This document shows positions 1 through 10,214 of a DNA stretch of 64,000 nucleotides, in pieces. Positions within the stretch are counted from its first letter, which is position 1, and every line of letters starts with the position of its first letter. The notes under the pieces were generated by a model, which did not search any database, was not told where the DNA came from, and saw only the letters and a list, made by a program, of their open reading frames with translations. This DNA is from Candidatus Bathyarchaeota archaeon (GTDB lineage: Archaea; Thermoproteota; Bathyarchaeia; Bathyarchaeales; Bathycorpusculaceae), in the NCBI GenBank assembly GCA_963827165.1, contig CAWGZR010000005.1, forward strand, positions 192,001-256,000, written 5' to 3'. The translations under genes were made by a program, and so were the position numbers.

Positions 1-153
1 GTAGCTGGGCAGACTGGATTTTCCCAACAGGAAAATGATGTCTAGTTTTAATGACTAGTATTAATGTGACGTTAAAATAAAATATCATAACCATTATTAT
101 TTTAGTGTTGTTAGTGCAATAGTGTTATATAGTGTGGATTACAATAGTATTTT

Positions 154-465
154 GTGAATCAAATGTCAAATCTGGAAAAAAATATTCACAAAAAAATAAT
201 AGCAAAAGCTACTCCAGTAAAAGAAATACCTGAAGGAAGAAAACGAGTCAAGATTCCGGAGTATGACGCAGTTTTCAAGCAGATTATTGAAAGCCCAGAG
301 GAAATGTTCAAGGTTGAAGTGGAAGGCAAAACAGTAAGATCCCTGTACGCACCGTTTTCATTCAGAGTCAAATTATATAACAAGATACCCAATAGAAAAT
401 TCAACGTTGCACTTAGAGTCCGAAACAAAGAAATCTACATAGTCAAACAGGACAAAAAGGCATAA
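154..465 (+). CDS. Hypothetical basic protein, possibly DNA-binding or mobile-element derived
   Basis: 103-aa Lys-rich ORF in an AT-rich stretch; no recognised family. Confidence 0.55.
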   Translation: MNQMSNLEKNIHKKIIAKATPVKEIPEGRKRVKIPEYDAVFKQIIESPEEMFKVEVEGKTVRSLYAPFSFRVKLYNKIPNRKFNVALRVRNKEIYIVKQDKKA

Positions 466-542
466 TCTCTCAATTCGTCTTGCGGTTGCCAACCAGGTTC
501 AACCCAACTCGTTTCATCATAACAACAATTTGGGAGCCGCGT

Positions 543-1136
543 CTACTTAACTACGCGATAGTGCATATGGATTACTCCCGAAGAAGACTCAATTATTCTG
601 GTTGTCTTAAGTTCAACTATGTTGGCGCCTTCATGATAGAATAGTCGCACTCCATCACCTAAAAGAAAAGGCGAAATGTGTACATTAATTTCATCAAGAA
701 GCCCTGCTTCGATACACTGCTTGGCGGCGTTAGCACCCATTAAACCCACCTTCTTTCTGCCTGCCACCGCTTTTGCCTGCTTGATTGCACTCTCGATTCC
801 GTCAGTAACGAAGGTAAACTTGGTTGCCCCTTTCGGCACCGTAATCGGAGGCCTATATGTAAGCACAAAGAAAGGGACTGGAAGAAAGAAGCTTCCTTAC
901 CATGCCTGCGAAACATCATAGGTTCGCCTGCCTGCAACCATTGCACCCAAAGTTCTTGCCCCTTCATCAAAATATTTTGCGTCTTCACGTGAAAGTTTGA
1001 ATTTCAAAGTTTCGGTGCTAAAGGCACTGGGGGTATCACCATTAAAGTACCAGTCAAAAATCCTGCCAGGATTATCTTTCGGATCAGCGATAAACCCGTC
1101 AAGCGACATTGTAACATCCCAAATAACCTTCGCCAT
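543..1136 (-). pseudogene. Dihydrofolate reductase / RibD C-terminal family protein interrupted by an in-frame TAA
   Basis: ORFs 897-1136 (MSLDGFIA, GRRTYD) and 543-866 (GLLDEINVHISPFLLGDG) share a frame; junction reads QAW-TAA-GSFFLPVPFFVLT. Confidence 0.85.
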
Positions 1137-1579
1137 TTCACTCGCCGCTAAAAAATCGAATATTTGTTCATTTAACCTTCGCTCGCGATAGCATTAAAGT
1201 TTACTGGTAAAATATGAAAAGATTTTTCGAAGTCATTTTACTTTCTAAATAGCATTTGGCTGCATAATTATGGGTTAGTTTCTTTCCTCACGTTAGCCTT
1301 TCATGTTTCATTGTTACTTTTAGAACAACTGTAACTACTATCACCGCGGCTAATCCGCCATAACTACATGGAGTACTTGCATCCAACTTGACTGTTCTGA
1401 TGGCTGAGTTGTGCCTACTTGTGGAGGGGGAGGGCTTCCTTGACCATTTGATCAAATGTTGATTACCGCAAAACTGCTGACCTAAGCCGCCAACGACAAC
1501 CCGACCTAGCTTTCGGCATCATCCACAAATTTCCGTAATCCTTAACCGTCGCCTTTCACGTATAACTTTACTAAAGTTT

Positions 1580-2326
1580 ATGCTAAGAGGTAACCGTTTG
1601 ACGGCTGCACGAAATATTTGGAAGAATGAGTATTTCAAAACTGTGGTTGCAGTCGTTTTGATCGTCGCAATAGTTTTTGGCTTGTTTTTCGGCTTACGGG
1701 CAGCTTTGAATACTCCCGACCCAGCATTAACGGTTGTCAGCGGCAGCATGAGTGTACCCTATGACGCAGCCGACTACAACTTCTGGCTAAACATTGAGAC
1801 ACCGTTTGATCGAACCTTAAGCGTAGGCGACATCATAATTATTCAAGGAGTTAACCCCAAAGACCTAAACACGAACTACCCAAACAGCGACATCATTGTC
1901 TTCCATGAACCCGGCGACTACGGCACATTAATTGTACACCGCATCGTACGTGCCGAAACAATTAACGGCACACTATACTTCATTACAAAAGGTGACGGGA
2001 ACGGGGACAAAAATCCTTGGCCTCAAACACCGACGTCAGGATTCGACACGTGGGACAGCAACAACCCGCCCGGAGTACCGGCAAGCTATGTGGTCGGCAA
2101 GGTGATTATGCGTATTCCATGGTTTGGGTGGGTGACAATATTTATCCATGATAACCAGTGGGGTTTACCAGCAATAATTGTAATAATCATGTTGATTGCA
2201 ATCGTTGAATTTGTTGTGCCTGTGCTAAGAGAAAAGAAGCCTCAGCAAGACCAGCAAAACCAAGCGCCGCCGCAAAACCCTAATGAGCCTTCAATCGCTA
2301 TTTCTCATCTTTGCGCACTCTTGTAG
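1580..2326 (+). CDS. Signal peptidase I, archaeal/ER (S26B) type
   Basis: N-terminal TM, VVSGSM (Ser), IVHRIV (His), TKGDGN, C-terminal TM. Confidence 0.9.
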   Translation: MLRGNRLTAARNIWKNEYFKTVVAVVLIVAIVFGLFFGLRAALNTPDPALTVVSGSMSVPYDAADYNFWLNIETPFDRTLSVGDIIIIQGVNPKDLNTNYPNSDIIVFHEPGDYGTLIVHRIVRAETINGTLYFITKGDGNGDKNPWPQTPTSGFDTWDSNNPPGVPASYVVGKVIMRIPWFGWVTIFIHDNQWGLPAIIVIIMLIAIVEFVVPVLREKKPQQDQQNQAPPQNPNEPSIAISHLCALL

Positions 2327-2501
2327 AATCCGCGGAGCTCTTCCGTTTTTTTTGGCATTCTTGCCTAAGCAAGATTCATGCTTTAGACCAAGAAAACAAC
2401 CTAAAAACGCGCACAAAGGATAACCTGCTTGTCATTCAAGGTAATCAAATAGGTCAAAATCTAACTGAAGAATTAAAAGAAAACTAACGAAAAATGGGAT
2501 T

Positions 2502-3386
2502 TTAGACTTGTACGCCTTGGGTTGGGTCTTCGATGACTTTTTGGAACTCAGCTATCAGCTTCTTTGTTATGGGTCCGGGTTTGCCTGTGCCGATTTGTCG
2601 TTTGTTGACCTCCCGGATGGGCACCATCTCCATCGCGGTTCCTGTGAAGAAGGCCTCGTCTGCGCTGAAGACCATGAATGGCGTCAGGTTGGTGACTGAT
2701 AGTTTTATGCCGAGTTCGGCGGCGAGATGACTCACAACGTCAGCGGTGATGCCTGCAAGGGCCCCTACCGAAGTTGGCGGAGTCAACAATTCACCGTTTT
2801 TAACGATGAAGACGTTTTCGCCAACGCCTTCAGCTACGCAGCCGTTGCTGTCAAGGCAGAGAGCTTCGTCCACGCCGCATGCATTAGCTTCGATCTTTGC
2901 AAGGACGCTGTTGAGGTAGTTGAGTGACTTTATTTCGGCTGAGGTTGAATCCACAGTGTTCCGTCTAACCCAAGAAAACATTGTTGTTATGCCTTTTTCT
3001 TTAGCATTGCCTGCTCGGATAGAGATTGTGTCCGTTATGATTATAATGGTTGGTTTAGGGCATTTACGTGGATCTAAGCCTAAGTCTCCAACGCCTCTGC
3101 TGACGACTAAACGGATGTAAGAGTTCTTCATCTTGTTTCTTCTAAGGGTTTCAACGACGGCTTTTGACATTTCTTCTTTTGTTAGCGGTATGTCCAGAGT
3201 TATGGCATGTGCTGAATGATAGAGGCGATCCACATGCTCTTTTAACTTGAAGACAACGCTGTTGTACTCGCGGATTCCCTCGAAAACCCCGTCACCGTAG
3301 AGAAATCCGTGGTCAAAGACCGAGATTTTGGCCTGTGACTTAGGGTAGTACTGACCATCAATGTAAACTTCTGGTTCGGTGCTCAT
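2502..3386 (-). CDS. ilvE: Branched-chain amino acid aminotransferase
   Basis: DHGFLYGDGVFEG, IKSLNY, EAFFTGTA motifs. Confidence 0.95.
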   Translation of the reverse strand: MSTEPEVYIDGQYYPKSQAKISVFDHGFLYGDGVFEGIREYNSVVFKLKEHVDRLYHSAHAITLDIPLTKEEMSKAVVETLRRNKMKNSYIRLVVSRGVGDLGLDPRKCPKPTIIIITDTISIRAGNAKEKGITTMFSWVRRNTVDSTSAEIKSLNYLNSVLAKIEANACGVDEALCLDSNGCVAEGVGENVFIVKNGELLTPPTSVGALAGITADVVSHLAAELGIKLSVTNLTPFMVFSADEAFFTGTAMEMVPIREVNKRQIGTGKPGPITKKLIAEFQKVIEDPTQGVQV

Positions 3387-3462
3387 TTGACTTCACGTTC
3401 AATGTTTCATATTATTCGGTTGTTTGATATAGTTTATGCAGATGATACGTATATTTCGTTTG

Positions 3463-5361
3463 TCAACCATGGAATTGTGGCCGCTTGGAAAGGTACAACG
3501 GCAAAGGCAAAGGCTTGAATGGTTTACAAGCGATTTTCTCAGATACCTTAGCGATTAACTCTTCAACAGTCATTGTCTGCTGCTGACCCTTGAGCCCGCG
3601 TTCCCGAACGGATAAGTTACCTGACTCAATCTCTTTCTCACCCACCACAACGATGTAGGGCACCCACTCCTGCTCGCCTTCACGGATCTTTTTCTGCAAG
3701 GTAGACGCGCTGTCATCTATGTCCACGCGTATGCAGTGCGACGTGATTTGTCCCGCGAGCTCCTCTACCTTATCCAGGTATTTGTCAGAAATTGGGATAA
3801 GCCGAACCTGAGTCGGCGAAAGCCATAGAGGCAGCATTGGCGCTTTGCCAGCCATTTGTTCACGGTAAGCCTTCTCCAAAAGCGCGTAAATGTCCCGTTC
3901 GATGGCGCCGCTTGGACTGCAATGCAGAATCAGCGGGTACTGTTTTTCGCCTTTCTCGTCGACGTAGGTTATTTCGTAGCGTTTGGCGTTTTCAACGTCG
4001 ATTTGGTCGGTGCTAAGAGCGGCGGCTTTGTCTTGGTTGTCGACGAAGTTTAGGTCCCATTTGAGGACGAAGTAGAAGAACCGCTCGTTCCATACTTCAG
4101 CCAACATGGGTTTGCCAAAAGCCTTCACGATTTCAGTTATGAACTCTCTGTGCTCATCGTAGAAGGAACGTGTGAAGCGCATCGCGACTTCGTAATCATC
4201 TTTTACAAGCCCGATGTCGTTTAGAACATCAATGCTTAGGTTAAAGCGAACCATGAACTCTTTCTTGGCTTGATCCAAATCAGCGCATAAGGCGTGGCAA
4301 TCAGGCATTGTAAAGGCTCTAAGGCGTTTTAAACCGACGACTTCGCCGCTTTTTTCTCGTCTAAAACTGTATCGCGTCAACTCGTAAAGCTTGATGGGCA
4401 GTTGCTTGTAACTTATTTGTGCGTCGTGTGCCATGAGGAATTGCCCGAAGCATGCTGCAAACCGCAGGAAGAGTTCTTTGTCTTCGGATTTAAGGGTGTA
4501 TTGGCGGGCTGGGAATCGGTTAAGGTAGCTGGCTAGGCTCGGATGGTTGAAGTCGTACATGATCGGGGTTTCAACTTCCATGCCTCCGTAAGCAGCCACT
4601 CGTGTGGTAACGTACTGTTCAAGTAGCGACTTAATCATGCGTCCCTTCGGATACCATCTGATGTTTCCAGGGTCGCTTCCTGGTTCGTAATCAGCTATCT
4701 CTAATCTTTTCATCAATGTAACGTGCGGAGGCATCACGGTGACTGCTCGCGCTTTCTTAATCTCGTACTGAGAAAACTTTTGTAAATTAACGTGTCCTTT
4801 GAACTTGAACTCTTCAATAGGCACCAAGGAGCCATCAGGCATCAGGACATTCCAAAATGACTTCATCTTCTCTTCAGCTTTCAATGCTGCGGAAACTGGC
4901 TCCTCCTCTTTTTTGCAGACAACTTCTGATTTACCCGCTGCTTCAGCTACAACGGGTCCGTAGCTGCGTGCCTGTTCAGCAAGCGGGTGACCCTTTATGG
5001 AGATGGTGAACTGCTTGTTCCACCCGAATGGAGCCCGATAAGTCTCGATTCCTTTCTCATTCGCGTAAGCTTCCATATCCTTTATGATTTTGAGCGCTTG
5101 GCTTGGGTTGCTGAGATTGCTGCTCAAATGAGCGAATGGGTAAATGAGTATTCGATTGGTTTTCTGTTTCCCTAAAAAGCCGCGGACATCATCTATGGCT
5201 TTCTGCGCCGTGGAACCGTTATCGCCTTCTTCTACGGCAGTGAAAAGCACTACGACTTCTTCAAAGCGATTTTCTTTTATCTCCGCTTCTTCGGCAATAG
5301 CGATTTCTTTTTGGACAGGTTTAAAAACAATAAAGTTAGAATGCAACTGAAGTATTCGCAT
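3463..5361 (-). CDS. thrS: Threonyl-tRNA synthetase, archaeal type
   Basis: Archaeal editing domain (YPFAHLS, RAPFGW), FAACFG, RLRAFTMPD, HCSPSG. Confidence 0.97.
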   Translation of the reverse strand: MRILQLHSNFIVFKPVQKEIAIAEEAEIKENRFEEVVVLFTAVEEGDNGSTAQKAIDDVRGFLGKQKTNRILIYPFAHLSSNLSNPSQALKIIKDMEAYANEKGIETYRAPFGWNKQFTISIKGHPLAEQARSYGPVVAEAAGKSEVVCKKEEEPVSAALKAEEKMKSFWNVLMPDGSLVPIEEFKFKGHVNLQKFSQYEIKKARAVTVMPPHVTLMKRLEIADYEPGSDPGNIRWYPKGRMIKSLLEQYVTTRVAAYGGMEVETPIMYDFNHPSLASYLNRFPARQYTLKSEDKELFLRFAACFGQFLMAHDAQISYKQLPIKLYELTRYSFRREKSGEVVGLKRLRAFTMPDCHALCADLDQAKKEFMVRFNLSIDVLNDIGLVKDDYEVAMRFTRSFYDEHREFITEIVKAFGKPMLAEVWNERFFYFVLKWDLNFVDNQDKAAALSTDQIDVENAKRYEITYVDEKGEKQYPLILHCSPSGAIERDIYALLEKAYREQMAGKAPMLPLWLSPTQVRLIPISDKYLDKVEELAGQITSHCIRVDIDDSASTLQKKIREGEQEWVPYIVVVGEKEIESGNLSVRERGLKGQQQTMTVEELIAKVSEKIACKPFKPLPLPLYLSKRPQFHG

Positions 5362-5376
5362 GGCAACTCACTTCTT

Positions 5377-5592
5377 TTAGTGACCCCAACGCAACCTATC
5401 AAGCGTCTTATCCTTTTTAGTCTTCTTCTTATACTCTTTATAATGCTCTTTGCAGATGAAAACGCGTTTTTCCTGGCTGCTAACACTTAAGCCGGCAGCC
5501 TTGACTTTGTCAGTTGTGATGGAGCGGGCAGCCTCTCTGCTGCAACCTGAAACGCTACATTTTACTCCTTTTTCGATGCGACCCACAGTCAA
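5377..5592 (-). CDS. Small basic Zn-binding hypothetical protein
   Basis: CSVSGC...CKEH motif, Lys-rich tail, directly upstream of thrS. Confidence 0.75.
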   Translation of the reverse strand: MTVGRIEKGVKCSVSGCSREAARSITTDKVKAAGLSVSSQEKRVFICKEHYKEYKKKTKKDKTLDRLRWGH

Positions 5593-5627
5593 CGCCTCAG
5601 TTCACTATTTTTATTCAGTAATGCACG

Positions 5628-6557
5628 CTATTGCTTAAGTTCCTTTTCATACAAAACCTTGGCTCTCTGGTAAATTTCTTCCGTCTTCCCAAAGTAGGTG
5701 GGACCAATTCCTTCCACAACAAACGAGGCAGCGGCAGATCCAACACAGGCACACCATATTGACTCTTTCTGTCGAAGGTACTCAGTCAGGAAAGCACCGA
5801 TAAAAACGTCTCCTGCACCAGTCGGGTCGACAAGAACCTGTGAAGGGCAAGCGGCAATATTGAATTGCGCGCCTTCAACGGAGAGCACTGAGCCCTTAGC
5901 GCCCAACGTGACAATCACAGTTCCAACACCGAAATCGTGAACAACCTTCAACGCAGCCTTGAGATCGGATTGATCTGTTAAGGCAAAGATTTCCGCTTGA
6001 GAAGACTTGTAAATGTTGATTAAACTAAGTATTCGTTTGTCAACCGAAGCGCTTTCAGTTACGTTTCCAGCTTTATCGAAGCTTCGAAGCAGACCCTGCG
6101 GATCCAGCGACAAAACGCTTGTACATTGCTTGAGACGCTCGATTACTTCGAAAGATACTTCGTTGGCGATAGGCGCAACATGAACCGATTTAGCTTTTAG
6201 ATACTCAGGCAAATCCGCCAACTCTATTGGAGCGCCTTTGCCCTTTAAACTCAGGGTTCTCTCAGACAAATCTTTGGTGTAAGCTAGCTCAAAGCTCGTT
6301 GAAGACTCATCAGTTTTTTTGATAACAGCTGAAAGATCGATGCCTTCCTGCCTTAGCCACCAAAGGTAGGCTTCTGGGAAGTTGCCGCCGACTTTTGAGA
6401 TTACTGATGTAGTCGCATCCAAGCGTTTGGCGGAAAGTGAAGTGTAGGTTGCAGCGCCGCCTAGAATAGTAAATGGGGCGGTTCTGCTGGGCAGTAAAAT
6501 CGTGTCGATGCATAAGTGGCCGACAACCGCTACATCGACGTTTTGAAGCACTCCCAA
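5628..6557 (-). CDS. PfkB-family carbohydrate/nucleoside kinase
   Basis: GGAATY, DPTGAGDVF signature. Confidence 0.93.
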   Translation of the reverse strand: MGVLQNVDVAVVGHLCIDTILLPSRTAPFTILGGAATYTSLSAKRLDATTSVISKVGGNFPEAYLWWLRQEGIDLSAVIKKTDESSTSFELAYTKDLSERTLSLKGKGAPIELADLPEYLKAKSVHVAPIANEVSFEVIERLKQCTSVLSLDPQGLLRSFDKAGNVTESASVDKRILSLINIYKSSQAEIFALTDQSDLKAALKVVHDFGVGTVIVTLGAKGSVLSVEGAQFNIAACPSQVLVDPTGAGDVFIGAFLTEYLRQKESIWCACVGSAAASFVVEGIGPTYFGKTEEIYQRAKVLYEKELKQ

Positions 6558-6605
6558 ACCCCTTGAAGATATTATGTGGTCATCAAAGATATAAATAACT
6601 AACAG

Positions 6606-6971
6606 TTACGATTGAAGTAGCAGTATTGCCTTTGCCAAATCGCCTTGGCATTCCTCAAGCGCTTCTTTGGCCTTATCCAAGCTTTTGCCAGTTTGATCCG
6701 CCACTAGCCGCACATCCTCTTCAGAAAAAGTTGGCTGCGTTGCTTTTGCTGATTGACGTTGAGATGGAGCTTGCTCTGAAACCTCGCCGCCGATAACCTG
6801 ATACATTTTTTGACCCTGAACTTCTAAAATTGCTACTTGAGGTTCATCGATAACAATGTCTTTTGTATTTGTTCTGATTATAACTTGCTGGACATCCGGA
6901 ACAGTATCCATGTTCATACCCATTCTCTGCATCATACGTCTTTGCTCTCTTGGATTCATCCGCTTATTCAC
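6606..6971 (-). CDS. nac: Nascent polypeptide-associated complex protein
   Basis: MNPREQRRMMQRMG N-terminus; UBA-like C-terminus EEDVRLVA...GDLAKAI. Confidence 0.95.
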   Translation of the reverse strand: MNKRMNPREQRRMMQRMGMNMDTVPDVQQVIIRTNTKDIVIDEPQVAILEVQGQKMYQVIGGEVSEQAPSQRQSAKATQPTFSEEDVRLVADQTGKSLDKAKEALEECQGDLAKAILLLQS

Positions 6972-7259
6972 TGGTCTTCACTTCCCAGAAGTATCTGCAA
7001 TAGAACTTGATATAAACCTTAACTTTCCCTAAGCTTTTTCCGTTTGTTTTTGTCCAAAAATGGTTTTTGGGATTGATCAAACGGAATCGGAATGCAAGCC
7101 TTAACGGTCAACACGACGCCAGCTTTAGTTGACATTGACGACCAACCAAACAACCCACGGCTGGACCCACACTAAAGACGAAATCCCAGTTGCAGTCGCC
7201 ATTTCCTCAATGCAAATAAAACATGCACTAAGCTCAGATGGACGATTCGCCTTAAGAAA

Positions 7260-7727
7260 TCAATTCTTAAGTGCGCCATGGCGCACCTTAACAGCTACCC
7301 CGCTCTTGAACGCCTTCATTTCCACGCTTGAAAGCATAGCCTTCCCGACGGCCAAAACTGTCCCGTTTTCATCGACGACAATTGCTTCGTCACTCGCGCG
7401 GATCTCAGGATCTACCTCAGTTACGTGCACTGCGAAAACATCTCCGCCCTCAGCAATATATTTTGAGACATCATTTTTCACGGTTACAAAACAATGGGCA
7501 AAGACAACGTTTTCAGCAATGAATTGGGCAGCTTTGACGCTTAGTGAAAGCAAGCCGTCGGTGGGTCGAAGGGTCGCGAGTCTGTTCCCGCCCAAGTTGA
7601 TGAATCGGATTCTTCCGGTTTTTGGAGAATGTTCGGTCTGTACATTTTCTGGAAACAGCTTTGTGCCTACGCCTTTTCCAAATTGGTAGTCGGCGATGGC
7701 TCTTATTTTCGCAAGCTCGTTCTCCAA
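7260..7727 (-). CDS. PUA-domain RNA-binding protein (TGT C-terminal-like)
   Basis: IADYQFG, TGRIR, GDVFAVHV, GVAVKVR. Confidence 0.9.
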   Translation of the reverse strand: MENELAKIRAIADYQFGKGVGTKLFPENVQTEHSPKTGRIRFINLGGNRLATLRPTDGLLSLSVKAAQFIAENVVFAHCFVTVKNDVSKYIAEGGDVFAVHVTEVDPEIRASDEAIVVDENGTVLAVGKAMLSSVEMKAFKSGVAVKVRHGALKN

Positions 7728-7813
7728 GTTTTCACCGTCAACATGTTTTTGGGGCTTTCGACAAGTATAAACATAACAAGATAATAAACAGTGTGAAAGG
7801 TGAAAAGTTTACA

Positions 7814-8341
7814 TTGAGATGCGAGGTCTGCGGACACAAAATCCATACAGAACCGGTAACTGCGATAATTGAAGGCGCACGGCTGACCGTTTGCGTAGAA
7901 TGCGCAAAACATGGAAAAATAGTCCACCAAGAAGAAGTAGCCCTTCCAAAGCCCACTCAGAAGAAAACTCTGGTGCCAATGGCCGTGATGCAGAAGAAAC
8001 CCGCGGTTGTCAGCGTACAGATAACTCAGGAACTAACTCAAGACTACGCGAATAAAATTAGGGTTGCTCGTGAGAAACTGGGGTTAACCCATGACGAACT
8101 GGGTAAAAAAATCAACGAGAAAGCGTCAGTTTTAAGAAACCTTGAAACGGGCAAGATGGAGCCGAACAACCAGTTGGCCTCAAAGCTTGAGCACATGTTA
8201 AAAATCAAGCTGCTTATCCCGATCTCAGAAGAAAAAGCCAATCAGATTCCCAAATCCGCCAACCAAGAGTTAACGTTGGGCGACCTTATCGAGATAGATG
8301 AGAAAGACGCGGAGGCGGCTACTAAACGAAAGCCGTCATAG
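7814..8341 (+). CDS. mbf1: Archaeal multiprotein bridging factor 1 (Zn ribbon + HTH)
   Basis: CEVCG...VCVEC Zn ribbon, IRVAREKLG HTH, LTLGD; likely TTG start 7814 after AGGTGA. Confidence 0.93.
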   Translation: MRCEVCGHKIHTEPVTAIIEGARLTVCVECAKHGKIVHQEEVALPKPTQKKTLVPMAVMQKKPAVVSVQITQELTQDYANKIRVAREKLGLTHDELGKKINEKASVLRNLETGKMEPNNQLASKLEHMLKIKLLIPISEEKANQIPKSANQELTLGDLIEIDEKDAEAATKRKPS

Positions 8342-9597
8342 TTCAGCGTCGCCTGAACCGTGAAGAATCAAGTTTACCTGAACTCAAAAGATTGGCGGAA
8401 TCCGCAGGGTACTTCGTAGTTGCTGAAATGGAACAGACGCGATTGCCCGACTCGCGCTATCAGATAGGTGCTGGAAAGGTTGAAGAGCTTGCGCAGATGG
8501 TGCAGGAAACCGGCGCGGGCAAGGTTATTTTTGATAATCAACTGAAAACTCGTCAAACATACAATTTGGCAAAAGCCACTCATATAGAAGTCATTGACCG
8601 CTTTCAGCTAATTCTTGAAATCTTCACTAGAAGAGCAACAACAACGGAAGCCCAACTTCAGATTCAACTGGCAACCTTGCGAAATGAACTTAAACATTCG
8701 AAGGAAAAAGTTAGGTTAGCCAAAGGCAGCGAGCAACCGGGCTTTATGGGTCTTGGAGCCTATGAAGCAGACGTCTACAGCGACGCAATAAAACGGCAGG
8801 TTCAAACAATCAGCAAGAAACTGACTAGAATCAGGGAAAAAAGAGTCTTGCATCGAGAAAGGCGAACGGAGCTGGGCTTTTTGACTATTTCACTAGCAGG
8901 GTACACCAAATCTGGGAAAAGCTCTTTGTTCAATGCCTTAACGGAAGCAACCACCGTAGTCGACAAAGCGTTGTTCACTACCCTATCAACAACAACTAGG
9001 ATAATGGAGTTTTCTAATCGCAAGTTTCTCCTCACAGATACGGTTGGCTTCATTGACCGTTTACCCTTGTCTTTAATTGAAGCGTTCCACTCTACTTTGG
9101 AAGAAACAATCTTTTCAGACCTAATAATTCTGCTTCTGGACTTAAGCGAGCCAATGGACAAAATAGAGAAAAAATACAACGTGTGCCTAGAAACAATCGA
9201 CCGTTTGGGTGCATCGGGAATTCCAACCATAACCGCCTTGAACAAGATCGACTTGATCAGTGAGGAAGAAAGAACCCAAAAACTCGACGCCCTTAAAGAC
9301 AAAACCAGGAACCCAATTCTTCTCTCTGCAAAGTGCCAAACAAACCTTGATTTGTTGAGGGCGAGAATACTGAAAATGCTTGAAAACTACGTTCAAGCTC
9401 AGTTTTCTGTACCGTTAAGCGACAAGACAATGCCTTTTATATCGTGGGTTCACGGGAAAACAGACGTTAGAAATGAAAAGTTCACTAATGATTCAGTTGA
9501 AGTGGTCTTCGAGGCTACCCCTGAGATAGCGGATCATGTGAGAAGAAAAGTGGAAGAATTAAATGGCAGATTCGAAACCAACCCAAAACCCAAGTAG
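8326..9597 (+). CDS. hflX: Ribosome-splitting GTPase HflX
   Basis: GYTKSGKS, TTLSTT, DTVGF, NKID; HflX-like sequence extends upstream of the called TTG (8392) to ACG at 8326 (xKAVIVQRR...ELKRLAESAGY). Confidence 0.93.
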   Translation, partial: TKAVIVQRRLNREESSLPELKRLAESAGYFVVAEMEQTRLPDSRYQIGAGKVEELAQMVQETGAGKVIFDNQLKTRQTYNLAKATHIEVIDRFQLILEIFTRRATTTEAQLQIQLATLRNELKHSKEKVRLAKGSEQPGFMGLGAYEADVYSDAIKRQVQTISKKLTRIREKRVLHRERRTELGFLTISLAGYTKSGKSSLFNALTEATTVVDKALFTTLSTTTRIMEFSNRKFLLTDTVGFIDRLPLSLIEAFHSTLEETIFSDLIILLLDLSEPMDKIEKKYNVCLETIDRLGASGIPTITALNKIDLISEEERTQKLDALKDKTRNPILLSAKCQTNLDLLRARILKMLENYVQAQFSVPLSDKTMPFISWVHGKTDVRNEKFTNDSVEVVFEATPEIADHVRRKVEELNGRFETNPKPK

Positions 9598-10147
9598 CAC
9601 ACCTCAAGTTGTCGTGTTAAGGTGGGGTCATAGACCGCAACGAGATGTGCGATTAACCACTCATGTAGCCTTAACATCAAGAGCTCTGTGTGCTTCTGGC
9701 TTCATTCTTTCAGACGTGAGAGATCCAAATATAGAAGAAACAGTGCGAAAGATAACTGAACATTGGGGCGGAACGTTTCAGTTCGAAATGGGAACTCCTT
9801 GGAAAAAAGCTGTCCGCGACTGGAAAGCTAAAGGCGGCGCAATAGTTCACTTAACAGCTTATGGGGAAAACATTCAGGCAAGCGATGTGTTGAGCAGGAT
9901 TAAGAGCTTAGGCAGAGACATCTTGATTATTGTTGGTAGCCAGAAGGTTCCAGGCGACTTCTATTCAAGCGAAGTATCAGATTTCAATGTCTCGATTGGG
10001 AATCAGCCGCATTCTGAGTGCGCTGCTCTCGCTATCTTTCTCGATCGTTTCTTTTCAGGTGAAGAGTTAACTGTGGATTTTGAGAAAGCCAAAATGAGGA
10101 TTGTTCCAAAAGCGAGGGGAAAAGAGATCAAAAATGATGGTGAATAA
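9563..10147 (+). CDS. trm56: tRNA (cytidine-56-2'-O)-methyltransferase aTrm56
   Basis: GHRPQRDVRLTTHVAL, VHLTAYG, GNQPHSE. Confidence 0.95.
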   Translation: MADSKPTQNPSSTPQVVVLRWGHRPQRDVRLTTHVALTSRALCASGFILSDVRDPNIEETVRKITEHWGGTFQFEMGTPWKKAVRDWKAKGGAIVHLTAYGENIQASDVLSRIKSLGRDILIIVGSQKVPGDFYSSEVSDFNVSIGNQPHSECAALAIFLDRFFSGEELTVDFEKAKMRIVPKARGKEIKNDGE

Positions 10148-10214
10148 CTTTAAATGGGCAAGAACAGTTTTATTATAGAAAGTTTCATTATTGTGTGTAA
10201 GGGAACACTAGGCT

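Noticed and set aside
897-899. In-frame stop in the DHFR-like gene as possible recoding
   Set aside because: The codon is TAA, not TGA or TAG, and it is not at an obvious catalytic position; a simple nonsense mutation is more likely
1290-1450. Minus-strand fragment resembling a Pro/Thr linker plus membrane anchor
   Set aside because: Broken frames, no start, no assignable family
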